A DNA stretch of 64,000 nt from Spirochaetota bacterium (GCA_965205605.1 CBDBHE010000007.1:512001-576000), one strand, 5' to 3'; shown: positions 50,260 to 60,208, counted from the stretch's first letter. Numbers and translations are program-made. Notes: a model not told the origin generated them from the sequence alone.

Positions 50260-52086
50260 TTAATCAATTAATTTTCTTTTATTTAAAATAGAAACAATTT
50301 TTGTGATTTCTTTTTTTAAATCTAATTCATTAGCATTAATGACGTGGTCTGATTGTTTTGAAAGCTCAATTTTTATTTCTGCTTCTTTTGGATTTCGACC
50401 TAGGTTGATTAATCTTTGTTTGGCATTTTCAATAGAAACGTCTGAGTGAATTTCTAAAATTGTTTTTTTTTCTAAACAAAGCTTGATGTTTTTTCGATCT
50501 TCTTTTTTATTAAAAGAATAAGTTGAAAAAACAAAACACCCTAAATCAAAAAGAAGTCTCACTTTTTCAACAAAAAGAATCAAGTCTCTTTTACTTGGAT
50601 TTTTTGTAATCGGAAAATCTGATTTGGGTTCTAAAACATACAAAAAACGACCTCTATCAAAGAGATATCTCTCTAAAGCTCTAGCCACCACAATTTTTGC
50701 AGAACCGGCAATACCTGTAAATAAAATCAAAAAAGATTTTTGATGAAATCGATCGGCTCTTTCTAAAGAAGTCACTCTCTCCGAAATGGCTTGAATATCT
50801 TGATCCCCTTGCTTAAAATCACAAATCATCCCGGCCCCTAAGGTTTCATTTGTTAGCCGATCGATAATAATAAAACAACCGGCATATTTGTTTTCTTGGT
50901 ATTTTGAAGCGATGATTGGTAAATCTAAATGAAGGGAAACTTTTCCAATGTCATTGAGTGCTAAATAGGAAGCTTTACTATTTGATAAGTTTTTCATGTT
51001 TTTTTTATAAATCACTTTATCAATGATGCCACTTATGGTTGAATTAGTGTGTTTAATCCAATAAGATTTATTGATTTTTAAAGGTTCTTCGCTCATCCAA
51101 ATAAGATCAGCTTTTAGTGAATAAAGAAGATGAAACGAGTTTTTTTCTTTAACAATGATATCTCCTCTAGAAATATCCACTTCTTCTTTTAAGGTGATCA
51201 CCGTTGACAAAGGAGAAGTGGCTTTTTTCAGTATTTGATCGTAAATCAAAATTTCTTTAACTTGATTTTTTTTCCCAGAAGGCAAAATAACTACTTTGTC
51301 TCCTGTTTTGATTTCTCCTGATAAAATACTCCCCCCATAGCCTCTAAAAGTTTGATCAGGTCTTAAAGTATATTGCACAGGGAAGTAAAATTCTTTTTTG
51401 TCGTTTTTTTCATCACAAGAAACGGTTTCTAAATATTCCAAAATCGTTCCTTTTTTAAACCAAGTCATGATTTGACTTTTACTAACAATATTATCTCCTT
51501 TTAAAGCGCTAATAGGATAAAAATTAACTTCTTCAAAAGAGAGATTTTTACAAAAAGAAACAAATTCTTTTTGGATTTTGTTAAATATATTTTTATCGTA
51601 CTTTATTAAATCCATCTTATTGATCGCAACGACTAGATGGCGAATCTTTAAAAGAGAAGTAATGTAAGCATGTCTTTTTGATTGAGTGGAGACTCCTTTT
51701 AAAGCATCAATTAAAATAATAGCCGTTGTTGCATTTGAAGATCCAGTTGCCATATTTCGAGTGTATTGTAAGTGACCTGGAGTATCGGCAATAATAAATT
51801 TTCTTTTTTCTGTTGTAAAATAACGATAAGCAACATCAATGGTAATGCCTTGCTCTCTTTCAGATTTGAGTCCATCGGTAATGAGTGAAAAATCAATTTC
51901 TTCTTGGAAATTAGCCTTATTTTTAGTGGCTTTTTTAACGGATTCTATTTGGTCTTTATAAACTCCTTTGAGTTCGTAGAGCAAGCGACCGATTAAAGTT
52001 GATTTTCCATCGTCAACAGAACCAATCACAACAAACCTTAAAAGATCTTTCTTTTGGTGATTTTTTAAGTAAGCTTCTATCTTCAC
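50260..52086 (-). CDS. cysN: Sulfate adenylyltransferase subunit 1 fused to a degenerate APS kinase domain
   Basis: GSVDDGKSTLIGRL, EREQGITIDVAYRYF, DTPGH, NKMD; C-terminal LFTGIAGSAKIV. Confidence 0.95.
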   Translation of the reverse strand: MKIEAYLKNHQKKDLLRFVVIGSVDDGKSTLIGRLLYELKGVYKDQIESVKKATKNKANFQEEIDFSLITDGLKSEREQGITIDVAYRYFTTEKRKFIIADTPGHLQYTRNMATGSSNATTAIILIDALKGVSTQSKRHAYITSLLKIRHLVVAINKMDLIKYDKNIFNKIQKEFVSFCKNLSFEEVNFYPISALKGDNIVSKSQIMTWFKKGTILEYLETVSCDEKNDKKEFYFPVQYTLRPDQTFRGYGGSILSGEIKTGDKVVILPSGKKNQVKEILIYDQILKKATSPLSTVITLKEEVDISRGDIIVKEKNSFHLLYSLKADLIWMSEEPLKINKSYWIKHTNSTISGIIDKVIYKKNMKNLSNSKASYLALNDIGKVSLHLDLPIIASKYQENKYAGCFIIIDRLTNETLGAGMICDFKQGDQDIQAISERVTSLERADRFHQKSFLILFTGIAGSAKIVVARALERYLFDRGRFLYVLEPKSDFPITKNPSKRDLILFVEKVRLLFDLGCFVFSTYSFNKKEDRKNIKLCLEKKTILEIHSDVSIENAKQRLINLGRNPKEAEIKIELSKQSDHVINANELDLKKEITKIVSILNKRKLID

Positions 52087-52092
52087 TTTATT

Positions 52093-52989
52093 TTAAAAAT
52101 AGCCTTCTTTTTTTTTGGTTTCCATAGAGCCTTCTACATCATAATCAATCACTCTTCCTTCTCTTTCTGAATTTTCTGAAACAAGCATTTCTTTAATAAT
52201 GTCTTTTACAGTGGTTGCTTTTGAGCGAATGGCACCGGACAAAGGATAACAACCTAAAGTACGAAATCGAATTTCTTCTAAAAAAGGTTTATCTTCTTTT
52301 TTTAAAGGAAAACGCTCATCATCTAACATAATGAGCACTCCTTTTCGATCAATGACTTGTCGTTTTTTGGCAAAGTAAAGCGGGATAATAGGAATTTTTT
52401 CAAGATTAATGTATAACCAAACATCAAGCTCTGTCCAATTTGATAAAGGAAACACTCGAATACTTTCACCTTGATCAATCTTTCCATTATAAAGGTTCCA
52501 AAGTTCAGGTCTTTGTTTTCTTGGATCCCACTGATTTTTTTTATCTCGAAAAGAAAAGATTCTTTCTTTAGCACGTGATTTTTCTTCGTCTCTTCTAGCC
52601 CCTCCAAGAGCAGCATCAAACTTTCCTTTATTTAAAGCTTGCAAGAGACTTTCTGTTTTCATAATGGCTGTGTATTTTTGGCTGCTATAGTTAAAAGGAT
52701 TAATTTTATTTTTAACGCCTTCTTGATTGATATGTACGATTAAATTTAACTTGTCTTTTTTAGCAATTTTATCTCTAAAGCTAATCATTTCTTTAAACTT
52801 CCAAGTGGTATCAACATGTAAAAGAGGAAAAGGAATCTTTGCTGGATAAAAAGCTTTTTTAGCTAAATGTAGCATTACAGACGAGTCTTTACCTATCGAA
52901 TACAGCATAACAGGGTTTTCAAATTCCACAGCGACTTCTCTTAAAATATAAATACTTTCAGCTTCTAATTTTTTTAGATGATTCATCAT
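52093..52989 (-). CDS. cysD: Sulfate adenylyltransferase subunit 2
   Basis: [36 protein letters not shown]. Confidence 0.98.
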   Translation of the reverse strand: MMNHLKKLEAESIYILREVAVEFENPVMLYSIGKDSSVMLHLAKKAFYPAKIPFPLLHVDTTWKFKEMISFRDKIAKKDKLNLIVHINQEGVKNKINPFNYSSQKYTAIMKTESLLQALNKGKFDAALGGARRDEEKSRAKERIFSFRDKKNQWDPRKQRPELWNLYNGKIDQGESIRVFPLSNWTELDVWLYINLEKIPIIPLYFAKKRQVIDRKGVLIMLDDERFPLKKEDKPFLEEIRFRTLGCYPLSGAIRSKATTVKDIIKEMLVSENSEREGRVIDYDVEGSMETKKKEGYF

Positions 52990-53028
52990 TTTTTATCGTT
53001 TCTAATCTAATTTTTTTTTAAAATCTTG

Positions 53029-53231
53029 TGTCTCTAAACAAAGAAACATACAAAAAGAAAAAATGAGAAAGAGAAAAAATGGCTAAAACCATTATAAACT
53101 CTAAGAAAGAGCTTTAAAAAGATGATGCTCCCTACTTTGAACCAATTATCCATTTTTACCAAAAAGTACCATTATCATTTAGACATAGGTAGACATCACT
53201 TTAACATTATTTGACTTTTATAAGTGGTAAA
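53029..53231. repeat. Copy 1 of a roughly 200-bp duplicated intergenic element, upstream of cysD
   Basis: Aligns with 57179-57388; 53188-53231 is identical to 57345-57388 (44 bp). Confidence 0.92.
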
Positions 53232-53522
53232 ATATCGTTAAAAACGATCCTGATAAATCTAAAATAAAAAATTGTGAAAAAGACATTTTAATAAAGTTAA
53301 ATGAGGGTCAACCACTAAAAAAAAAAAATAATCAATCCCATGGGTTATGAGCTAGTGAAGTAAACTAAAAATCAAACATTCTATCGAATAGGACGAAAAA
53401 ACCATCGAATTTTTCAAAACCTAGATTAAATTTAATGTAAATCCTTTAAGTGATAAGTAGCAACAGCAATACATGTAAAGAGCCAATTTATTTAATGCCA
53501 TCACAAACTTACTGTAATAATT

Positions 53523-54581
53523 TTAATCAAGTATTCCCCCTTTTAAATTAATCAATAAAGGTTTGAAATTTTTATTTTTTAAGATTTCAATAGCTCTGAC
53601 GCTACGCGAAGCAGATTTACAGTAGACTACTAAATCTTTATTTTGGGGTATTTCTGCAATTCTACTTTTAAGCTCATCTAGGGGAATGTGTTGTCCGCCA
53701 ATATTAAATTGTTGCCGTTCACCATTTGTACGCACATCTAGTAAATTATATTTCTTGGGTTGTTTTTTTAGTTCTTCCTTTGTAATTTCTTTATTATTTT
53801 TGTGTAAGGGACAAAAACCCCCATCATTATTATCTAGGGTTTCAATTTTAATATTTTCATTTTTTTCAAAACTGAAAATACATTGTTGCATTGACAAAGC
53901 ATTATAAATTAATAATTTTCCTGATAATACCTTGCCTATCCCACAAATCATTTTGAGTACTTCATTGGCTTGAAGGGTCCCTATGATACCTGGCAATACT
54001 CCAAGCACCCCTATTTGTGAGCAATTGGGCATCTTATTGGGCTTGGGCGGATTTGGATATAAGCATCGGTAAGTTGGGCCATTTTTATAGTTGAATACCG
54101 ATACTTGCCCTTCAAATTTAAATATTGATCCAAATACTAAGGGTTTATTTGTGAGTAGAGCGGCATCATTTACTAAGTAACGTGTTGGGAAATTATCACT
54201 TCCATCTACAATGATATCGTAGTTATTAAATAATTCGATAGCATTTTTAGGAGTTAATTTTTGTGTATAAACTTGAAAATTGACAAACGGGTTTAAGGCG
54301 ACTAATCTTTGAGTGGCAATTTTAACTTTAAATTGACCAATATCACTTTGTGTATACAAAACTTGACGTTGTAAATTACTTTGATTTATTTTATCATCAT
54401 CGATCATACCAATGGTGCCAACACCTGCTGCAACGATATATTGCAATATTGGGCATCCCAATCCTCCTGCCCCAATAACCAAAACTTTGGCTCCTTTTAG
54501 TTTTTTTTGACCAAGCTCGCCAATTTCATCTAAAATAAGATGACGGTTATATTGTTTTTTTTCCTCGGGTGATAGCTTCAT
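53523..54581 (-). CDS. thiF: ThiF/MoeB adenylyltransferase with C-terminal rhodanese domain
   Basis: YNRHL, GAGGLG, SNLQRQ, DGSDNFPTRY, rhodanese LLDVR...YCKSASRS; follows thiH. Confidence 0.88.
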   Translation of the reverse strand: MKLSPEEKKQYNRHLILDEIGELGQKKLKGAKVLVIGAGGLGCPILQYIVAAGVGTIGMIDDDKINQSNLQRQVLYTQSDIGQFKVKIATQRLVALNPFVNFQVYTQKLTPKNAIELFNNYDIIVDGSDNFPTRYLVNDAALLTNKPLVFGSIFKFEGQVSVFNYKNGPTYRCLYPNPPKPNKMPNCSQIGVLGVLPGIIGTLQANEVLKMICGIGKVLSGKLLIYNALSMQQCIFSFEKNENIKIETLDNNDGGFCPLHKNNKEITKEELKKQPKKYNLLDVRTNGERQQFNIGGQHIPLDELKSRIAEIPQNKDLVVYCKSASRSVRAIEILKNKNFKPLLINLKGGILD

Positions 54582-54582
54582 C

Positions 54583-55695
54583 TTATTGCCAATTATTCTC
54601 CCAATCTTTCCAAACAACTTCTAGTCCTTTGTCTTTTAGCATTTCCAAAACCTCTTCTGTGCTGCGTTCATCAGATACCTCAAATTGTTCTAATGATTTT
54701 AGTTCTACTTGATAGCCACCAGGGTTTGTTTTAGATCCTGCACTCATTGAGGTAATGCCTAAATTAACGATGTTATTTCGAAATACTTCACTTTCTCGTG
54801 TAGAGATAGATAATTCTACATCTTCATCTAATAATCTAAATGCACATATTAATTGCACCAAATCAGAATCTGTCATGTCTATTTTTGGTTCTAATTCACC
54901 CCAGTGGGGTCGTAACCTTGGAAATGAAATGGAGTATTTCGTTTTCCAATAAGTCTTTTGTAAGTACTTTAAGTGTAAAGCTGTAAAAAAACTATCCGCC
55001 TTCCAATCTTCTAAACCTAATAAAACCCCTAATCCTATTTTATGCACACCTGCTTTGCCTAATCTATCGGGAGTATCTAAACGATAATCAAAATTAGATT
55101 TCTTACCTTTGGGGTGATGTTTTTTATATTCTTCCCTATGATAAGTTTCTTGGTATACCAATACAGCGTACAAACCATTGTTTATTAATTGCTCATATTC
55201 GCCTTGATTTAGAGGTTGTACTTCTATAGTGATGTTAGAAAAATACGAACGAATCAGTTTTAATGCGTTATTAATGTAATTAACACCCACTGTTTTGTTT
55301 GCTTCACCTGTTACTAATAAAATATGGTCATACCCTTTTGATTTAAGATACTTGATTTCTTTTAAAATTTCGGCATTAGTTAAGGTTTTGCGTGAGATTT
55401 GATTGGTTAAACTAAATCCACAATAAGTACATATATTTTGACACTCATTACTTAAATACATTGGGGAATACATTTGCATCGTATTTCCAAAACGTTTTTT
55501 TGTTAAGTGCTTGCTCAACTGTGCCATCTGTTCTAAATAAGGTTTAGCTACCGGCGATACAAATGCCTTAAAATCCTCTAAATCGCGTTTGGACTTTGCA
55601 AGTGCTTTTAAAACATCATTTTCCGTTTTGTTAAAAATACTTTCTAGAACGAGGCCCCAATCATAAGTATCAAATATCTCTTTAAATGAACCCAT
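54583..55695 (-). CDS. thiH: 2-iminoacetate synthase (radical SAM)
   Basis: YLSNECQNICTYCGF, YQETY, SFPRLRP, STRES, SAGSKTNPGGY, QFEVSDER. Confidence 0.97.
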   Translation of the reverse strand: MGSFKEIFDTYDWGLVLESIFNKTENDVLKALAKSKRDLEDFKAFVSPVAKPYLEQMAQLSKHLTKKRFGNTMQMYSPMYLSNECQNICTYCGFSLTNQISRKTLTNAEILKEIKYLKSKGYDHILLVTGEANKTVGVNYINNALKLIRSYFSNITIEVQPLNQGEYEQLINNGLYAVLVYQETYHREEYKKHHPKGKKSNFDYRLDTPDRLGKAGVHKIGLGVLLGLEDWKADSFFTALHLKYLQKTYWKTKYSISFPRLRPHWGELEPKIDMTDSDLVQLICAFRLLDEDVELSISTRESEVFRNNIVNLGITSMSAGSKTNPGGYQVELKSLEQFEVSDERSTEEVLEMLKDKGLEVVWKDWENNWQ

Positions 55696-55697
55696 CT

Positions 55698-56468
55698 TTA
55701 ATCGTTCAAAAAACTTGTTAATGGACTACTTGCCTCAGCATCTTGTTTTATGGGTGCTAATTTTGCCTTATAGGCTATTCTACCTGCTACAACTGCCATT
55801 TTAAATGCTTTTGCCATTTCGATTGGTTGCTTAGACACCGCTATAGCGGTGTTAACTAAAACAGCATCGGCTCCTAACTCCATCGCATGTGCCGCATGAG
55901 ATGGGCTGCCTATTCCTGCGTCTACAATAACGGGTACATTACTTTGATCTATTATTATCTCTAGAAACTCCAATGTTTTTAATCCTTTATTGCTTCCAAT
56001 TGGGGCTCCCAAAGGCATCACGCACGGTGTCCCTATTTCTTCTAGTCGTTTGCATAACACAGGATCTGCATGAATATATGGCATTACTACAAACCCTAAT
56101 TTTACTAATTCTTCAGTAGCTTTTAAAGTTTCTATCGGATCTGGAAGCAAATATTTAGGATCTGGGTGTATTTCTAATTTTATCCAGTTAGTCTCTAAAG
56201 CTTCTCTAGATAATTGTGCTGCAAAAATGGCTTCCTTTGCATTGCGAACTCCTGACGTATTGGGTAATAAATTAATTTTTGGGTGATTTAAATGTGCCAA
56301 AAAATCGTCTTTTTTATCTTGAAGTTCAACACGTTTAAGTGCCACGGTAATGAGTTCACTTTCGGAGGTCAATAGTGCTTTTTTCATTAATTTACATGAG
56401 CTAAATTTCCCTGTTCCTGTAAATAATCTTGAATTAAACTCTTTCTCTGCTATTTTTAATGTATCCAT
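55698..56468 (-). CDS. thiG: Thiazole synthase
   Basis: [44 protein letters not shown]. Confidence 0.98.
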   Translation of the reverse strand: MDTLKIAEKEFNSRLFTGTGKFSSCKLMKKALLTSESELITVALKRVELQDKKDDFLAHLNHPKINLLPNTSGVRNAKEAIFAAQLSREALETNWIKLEIHPDPKYLLPDPIETLKATEELVKLGFVVMPYIHADPVLCKRLEEIGTPCVMPLGAPIGSNKGLKTLEFLEIIIDQSNVPVIVDAGIGSPSHAAHAMELGADAVLVNTAIAVSKQPIEMAKAFKMAVVAGRIAYKAKLAPIKQDAEASSPLTSFLND

Positions 56469-56472
56469 TTTT

Positions 56473-57111
56473 TTAATGGTTTACTAAAAACGATCTATCT
56501 TTAGATTGTTCTATTATTTTTTTTATTTCAACAGTTGATCTATTTGATATTAATCCAGAAACAGCTATTCCAAAAATACCAGACTTGTATAGATCTTTAA
56601 AATCAGCTGTAGTAATTCCACCTACTCCATAAATAGGTAGTTGACATCCTTTATTTTTTATTGTTGAAATAATTTTTTTGTAACCATTAATTCCTAGCAT
56701 CGGACTTAAATTTTTTTTTGTGTTAGTAAATCTAAGCGGTCCCAAACCAATATAATCCACTCCTTGATTTATTAAGGAGACACAATCTTCTAGTGTATTT
56801 GCTGTCCCTCCAATGATAGATTCGTTTAATATTATCTTTTTAGCTTCTAGGATACTCATATCATTTTTTCCTAAATGGACTCCATCTGCTTTTACAGCTT
56901 TGGTTACTTTAGCGTTGTCATTGATAATTAACTTTGCTCCAAAATTCCTGCATATCTTTTTTGCTTCTTTTGCAATAGAGATGTAGGTTTTTTCGGGACT
57001 TTTTTTCACTCTTAATTGCACCAATTTACAGCCTGCTTCACAAACTTTTTGAATATTTTTTAAATGTTCCTCCGGGTTTTTCCCCTGTGATATGTAGTAT
57101 AATTTATCCAT
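56473..57111 (-). CDS. thiE: Thiamine-phosphate synthase (Bacteroidota type)
   Basis: YYISQG, VQLR.K, IIND, GVHLG..D, GGTANT, DYIGLGP.RFT.TK. Confidence 0.95.
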   Translation of the reverse strand: MDKLYYISQGKNPEEHLKNIQKVCEAGCKLVQLRVKKSPEKTYISIAKEAKKICRNFGAKLIINDNAKVTKAVKADGVHLGKNDMSILEAKKIILNESIIGGTANTLEDCVSLINQGVDYIGLGPLRFTNTKKNLSPMLGINGYKKIISTIKNKGCQLPIYGVGGITTADFKDLYKSGIFGIAVSGLISNRSTVEIKKIIEQSKDRSFLVNH

Positions 57112-57178
57112 GATGGCCCAATAAATTTTTATTTGAAGACAAAATCTTTTCTGTATATTTTTTCCTTCTGTGACATGC
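57104..57178 (-). pseudogene. thiD: 3' remnant of the island's thiD
   Basis: [24 protein letters not shown], with the stop overlapping the thiE start; resembles the flavobacterial ThiD C-terminus. Confidence 0.65.
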
Positions 57179-57414
57179 TGACCCTAGATAAAGAAGCATA
57201 CAAAAAAAAACAAAAGAGAAGGGAAAAAAAGGCTAAAACCAATACAAACTCTAAAAGAAAGCTTTAAAAAAAATAGTATTCTCTATTTTGAGCGTTGAAC
57301 GCAATGTATATTTACCAAAAGTTACTACTATCATTTAAATATAGGGTAGACATCACTTTAACATTATTTGACTTTTATAAGTGGTAAAGTGTACAATTCG
57401 TTCAAAGTAGGGAG
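57179..57414. repeat. Copy 2 of the duplicated element, with internal inverted arms
   Basis: Direct repeat of 53029-53231; 57295-57317 and 57382-57405 are imperfect inverted arms; 57400-57414 is the exact reverse complement of 53128-53142. Confidence 0.9.
57368..57397 (+). promoter_or_regulatory. sigma70-type promoter for thiS
   Basis: TTGACT-N18-TACAAT within the repeat core and right arm. Confidence 0.55.
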
Positions 57415-57434
57415 TTAGTTCTAATATTAAATTT

Positions 57435-57638
57435 ATGACACTAGTAACTGTAAACAATATAGCACATCAATTTTCAAAAATAGTCACATTGAAAGAAATC
57501 CTTGAGCAATTAAAAGTTTCTCAAAGCGGAATCGCTGTAGCCATAAATAAAAACATCATTTCGAAAACAGCATGGGCAAACACCCAAGTGAATAACAAAG
57601 ATGATATTTTGATTATAAAAGCAACTCAAGGGGGATAA
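57435..57638 (+). CDS. thiS: Sulfur carrier protein
   Basis: GIAVAIN..II....W, ends ATQGG. Confidence 0.96.
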   Translation: MTLVTVNNIAHQFSKIVTLKEILEQLKVSQSGIAVAINKNIISKTAWANTQVNNKDDILIIKATQGG

Positions 57639-57703
57639 TCAATGATGGTATTTAAAAATTAGTGAAGTCTAAATGACTTTAAAGCAAAACGCTAATAGCT
57701 ATT

Positions 57704-57981
57704 ATGAAGAAAAAAGCCATTCGAAGATCAATTTAATTTAGGTTTAGATTCACAGCTGGTTTGGGAATACTACGATAAAACTTTACTAGCAGCGGGAGCT
57801 AAAAGAGTATCCTTTGGTTCTATGCGTGGATCCAAAATTCTGCTTCATGAAAAGATCTCAAAAAATAAGTGATTTTGCCATAAAAAATGACATCGTGGAT
57901 CTTAAAGTTGTCGTCAAAGGGAGGAAAGGTAAAATTCAAAAAATTAAAGAAAAAGAAAGCAAAATTGATCTACAAGCTTAA
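57704..57981 (+). pseudogene. thiC: thiC remnant (large internal deletion, frameshift, Fe-S cysteines mutated)
   Basis: FEDQFNLGLDSQLVWEYYDKTL.A.GAK..SFGSMRGSK / FCFMKRSQKISDFA...; the ThiC CSMCGPKFC motif reads GSMRGSK-FC. Confidence 0.85.
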
Positions 57982-58032
57982 TGCCAAGGTACTTAATTCG
58001 TTTAAGAGTTTTAGTATTAAAACAAACAAACG

Positions 58033-58626
58033 ATGCTAATAGTTCTTACATCAGAGCAAGAAATAGAAAATGAAGCCATCCTTATTGATCAATTATTTAA
58101 CAATGGATTGCAATCACTTCATTTGCGTAAGCCTAATTTTAATAGTCATCATTATTTAAAATTATTAAACCAAATTAACCCTAAGTATTATAGCCAAATT
58201 ATGATTCATCAACGCCTCGATTTATGTTTCAAATTTAAGCTAAAAGGAATTCATCTACAAGAACAAACACGATTAAATTTAGGAGAAAAATTAAAAACTT
58301 ACGTGAATGAATATCAAAGTAAAAATTATACGGTGAGTAGCTCTTTTCATGAATTACAAGCTTTAGAAAGGTGTCCCGTTAATTTTGATTATCACTTACT
58401 AAGCCCGGTGTTTTCATCCATCTCTAAACAAGGTTACAAGTCAAGAAAATTTGATGTTAATCATATCCCTAAAAATATTATAGGTATCGGAGGGATAACA
58501 GCTGAGACTATCAAAGAAACAGTTTCTTTAGGGTACCAAGGAGTAGGAATTTTAGGAGCAATTTGGAACACAAAAAATCCTATTGAAAGCTTCAAAAAGA
58601 TTTATTTAAAATATAGCGAGAGTTGA
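58033..58626 (+). CDS. tenI: TenI/ThiE-like protein of Bacteroidota thi operons
   Basis: LHLRKP, SSSFH, LLSPVFSSISKQGY, GIGGI, GILGAIW. Confidence 0.85.
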   Translation: MLIVLTSEQEIENEAILIDQLFNNGLQSLHLRKPNFNSHHYLKLLNQINPKYYSQIMIHQRLDLCFKFKLKGIHLQEQTRLNLGEKLKTYVNEYQSKNYTVSSSFHELQALERCPVNFDYHLLSPVFSSISKQGYKSRKFDVNHIPKNIIGIGGITAETIKETVSLGYQGVGILGAIWNTKNPIESFKKIYLKYSES

Positions 58627-58793
58627 AAAATAATTTAATGTAAAAATCAGTATTGTTGAAAATTAAAACCTTCTTAATAATTTATTTGATAGGCTGTTTT
58701 ATGCATTAAAAACTCTCAGCAAGCTACCAAAACATTATTTAAGCTTTACTTTAGAAGTGTCTTGTTTTTTTTTGATGCAATTCGTTTTGGCAT

Positions 58794-59420
58794 TTATGCA
58801 TTTAGATGGAGCCCGCATTCTCTTTTTTCTAGTACTTTTGTTGGATCATAATAATTAGTTTCATTTTCAAGATGATTTTTTTTTAAAAATATACCCATCT
58901 CTTTTTTTGTATAATAAAAAAAAGGATTGATTTTAATCATTCCATTTCTTTCAGCTACTAAAATGTTTAAAGTTTCTCTAAAAGGAGTTTGTTCTTTTCT
59001 AAGGGAAGTAAGCCATAAAGTAGGCTTAAAAGTGTCAAGGGCTCTGTTAAAAGGTTCGAGTTTGACTTCTTTGGTAAAGTTTTTGTGTTGTTGTTCGTTT
59101 TCTAAAGAAGGGATTCCTCCTAAAGCAGCTTCTCTATAAGCACGTGTAATTTTAGGTGTAAAAATAGCCACGTTGAGTTTCATTGTTTCCGTGGTTTTCT
59201 TTGCAAACTGATAGGTTTCTTTTGTATTGTAGCCATGGTCGATCCAAATAACAGGGATTTCTTTTCTTACACTTGTTGCTAAATAAAGTAAGCATGCTTC
59301 ATAAGGTCCAAAATGGGTGCTAAGAATACTTTTTTTACTTTCTTTTAAATGGAAAGTCCACTTGATAATTTCTTCAGCTGTTTTATTTTTTAAGTTTTTA
59401 TTTTCAATAGATAGCTTCAA
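58794..59420 (-). CDS. cysH: (P)APS reductase, Fe-S-free type
   Basis: IDHGYNT.ETY, EVKLEPF, DPTKVLEKRECGLH; no CC or CxxC cluster ligands. Confidence 0.9.
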   Translation of the reverse strand: MKLSIENKNLKNKTAEEIIKWTFHLKESKKSILSTHFGPYEACLLYLATSVRKEIPVIWIDHGYNTKETYQFAKKTTETMKLNVAIFTPKITRAYREAALGGIPSLENEQQHKNFTKEVKLEPFNRALDTFKPTLWLTSLRKEQTPFRETLNILVAERNGMIKINPFFYYTKKEMGIFLKKNHLENETNYYDPTKVLEKRECGLHLNA

Positions 59421-59436
59421 TGATTTTCTCCTTTTT

Positions 59437-60183
59437 TTAAATGGTTTTACAAATAAGACATTGATTATTTTTTTTTATTTTAATTTTTTTAAAATTCATC
59501 TCTAACGTATTGATCATAAATAAAGTATTGGTTAAAGGCTGAGCGCAATGGGTCAAATATTTAATAGTTTCAGTTGCTTGAATGCTCCCGATAATGCCGA
59601 CAACAGGTCCAAGTACCCCTTGAGTGTTACAAGAAAGCATTTCTTTTTTAAACGGCAACTTTGGAAATACACATCGATAACAAGCTGTTTTTCCTGGAAT
59701 AATGGTCATGATTTGCCCATCAAAACCAAGGACACTAGCTAAAGAAAATGGTTTGTTGTTTTTAACACAAGTTTGATTAAGTAAATCTTTTGTTTTAAAA
59801 TTATCACTGCCATCTACAATGAAATCGTAATGATGAATGATTTTATGGGCATTCTTTTCATTAAGATTATCATCAATGATGTTGATTTTACAAAGAGGAT
59901 TAAGAGCTTTTAATTTTTTTTGAGCCAAAAAAATTTTTTTTTCTCCTATGTCTTTGCTCTGATAGAGAATCTGTCGTTGTAGATTAGAGAGCTCAATTTT
60001 GTCTTTGTCAATTAGTCCCAGAGTTCCAATGCCACTTGCTGCTAAATATAAAGAAGTGATCGATCCTAATCCACCGACTCCTATGATTAGCACTTTGGCC
60101 TTAAAAAGTTTTTGCATTCCTATTTTACCAATGTTTTTTAAAGTTAAATGTTTTTCAAAGCGATTTTTAAAATTTGGATTCAT
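59437..60183 (-). CDS. moeB: HesA/MoeB/ThiF E1-like adenylyltransferase without rhodanese domain
   Basis: GVGGLG, SNLQRQ, DGSDNF, CYRC, C-terminal CLIC; likely start MNPNF. Confidence 0.88.
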   Translation of the reverse strand: MNPNFKNRFEKHLTLKNIGKIGMQKLFKAKVLIIGVGGLGSITSLYLAASGIGTLGLIDKDKIELSNLQRQILYQSKDIGEKKIFLAQKKLKALNPLCKINIIDDNLNEKNAHKIIHHYDFIVDGSDNFKTKDLLNQTCVKNNKPFSLASVLGFDGQIMTIIPGKTACYRCVFPKLPFKKEMLSCNTQGVLGPVVGIIGSIQATETIKYLTHCAQPLTNTLFMINTLEMNFKKIKIKKNNQCLICKTI

Positions 60184-60208
60184 TTTTGTTTTTTTTATAA
60201 AAAAAAAT

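Noticed and set aside
53034-53153. Phe-rich 39-aa minus-strand ORF within repeat copy 1 as a leader peptide
   Set aside because: No equivalent start in copy 2; composition explained by the T-rich strand
57390-57434. Intact TPP riboswitch upstream of thiS
   Set aside because: Only GTAGGGAG is present; no CTGAGA or AACCTGA, and the sequence belongs to the inverted arm
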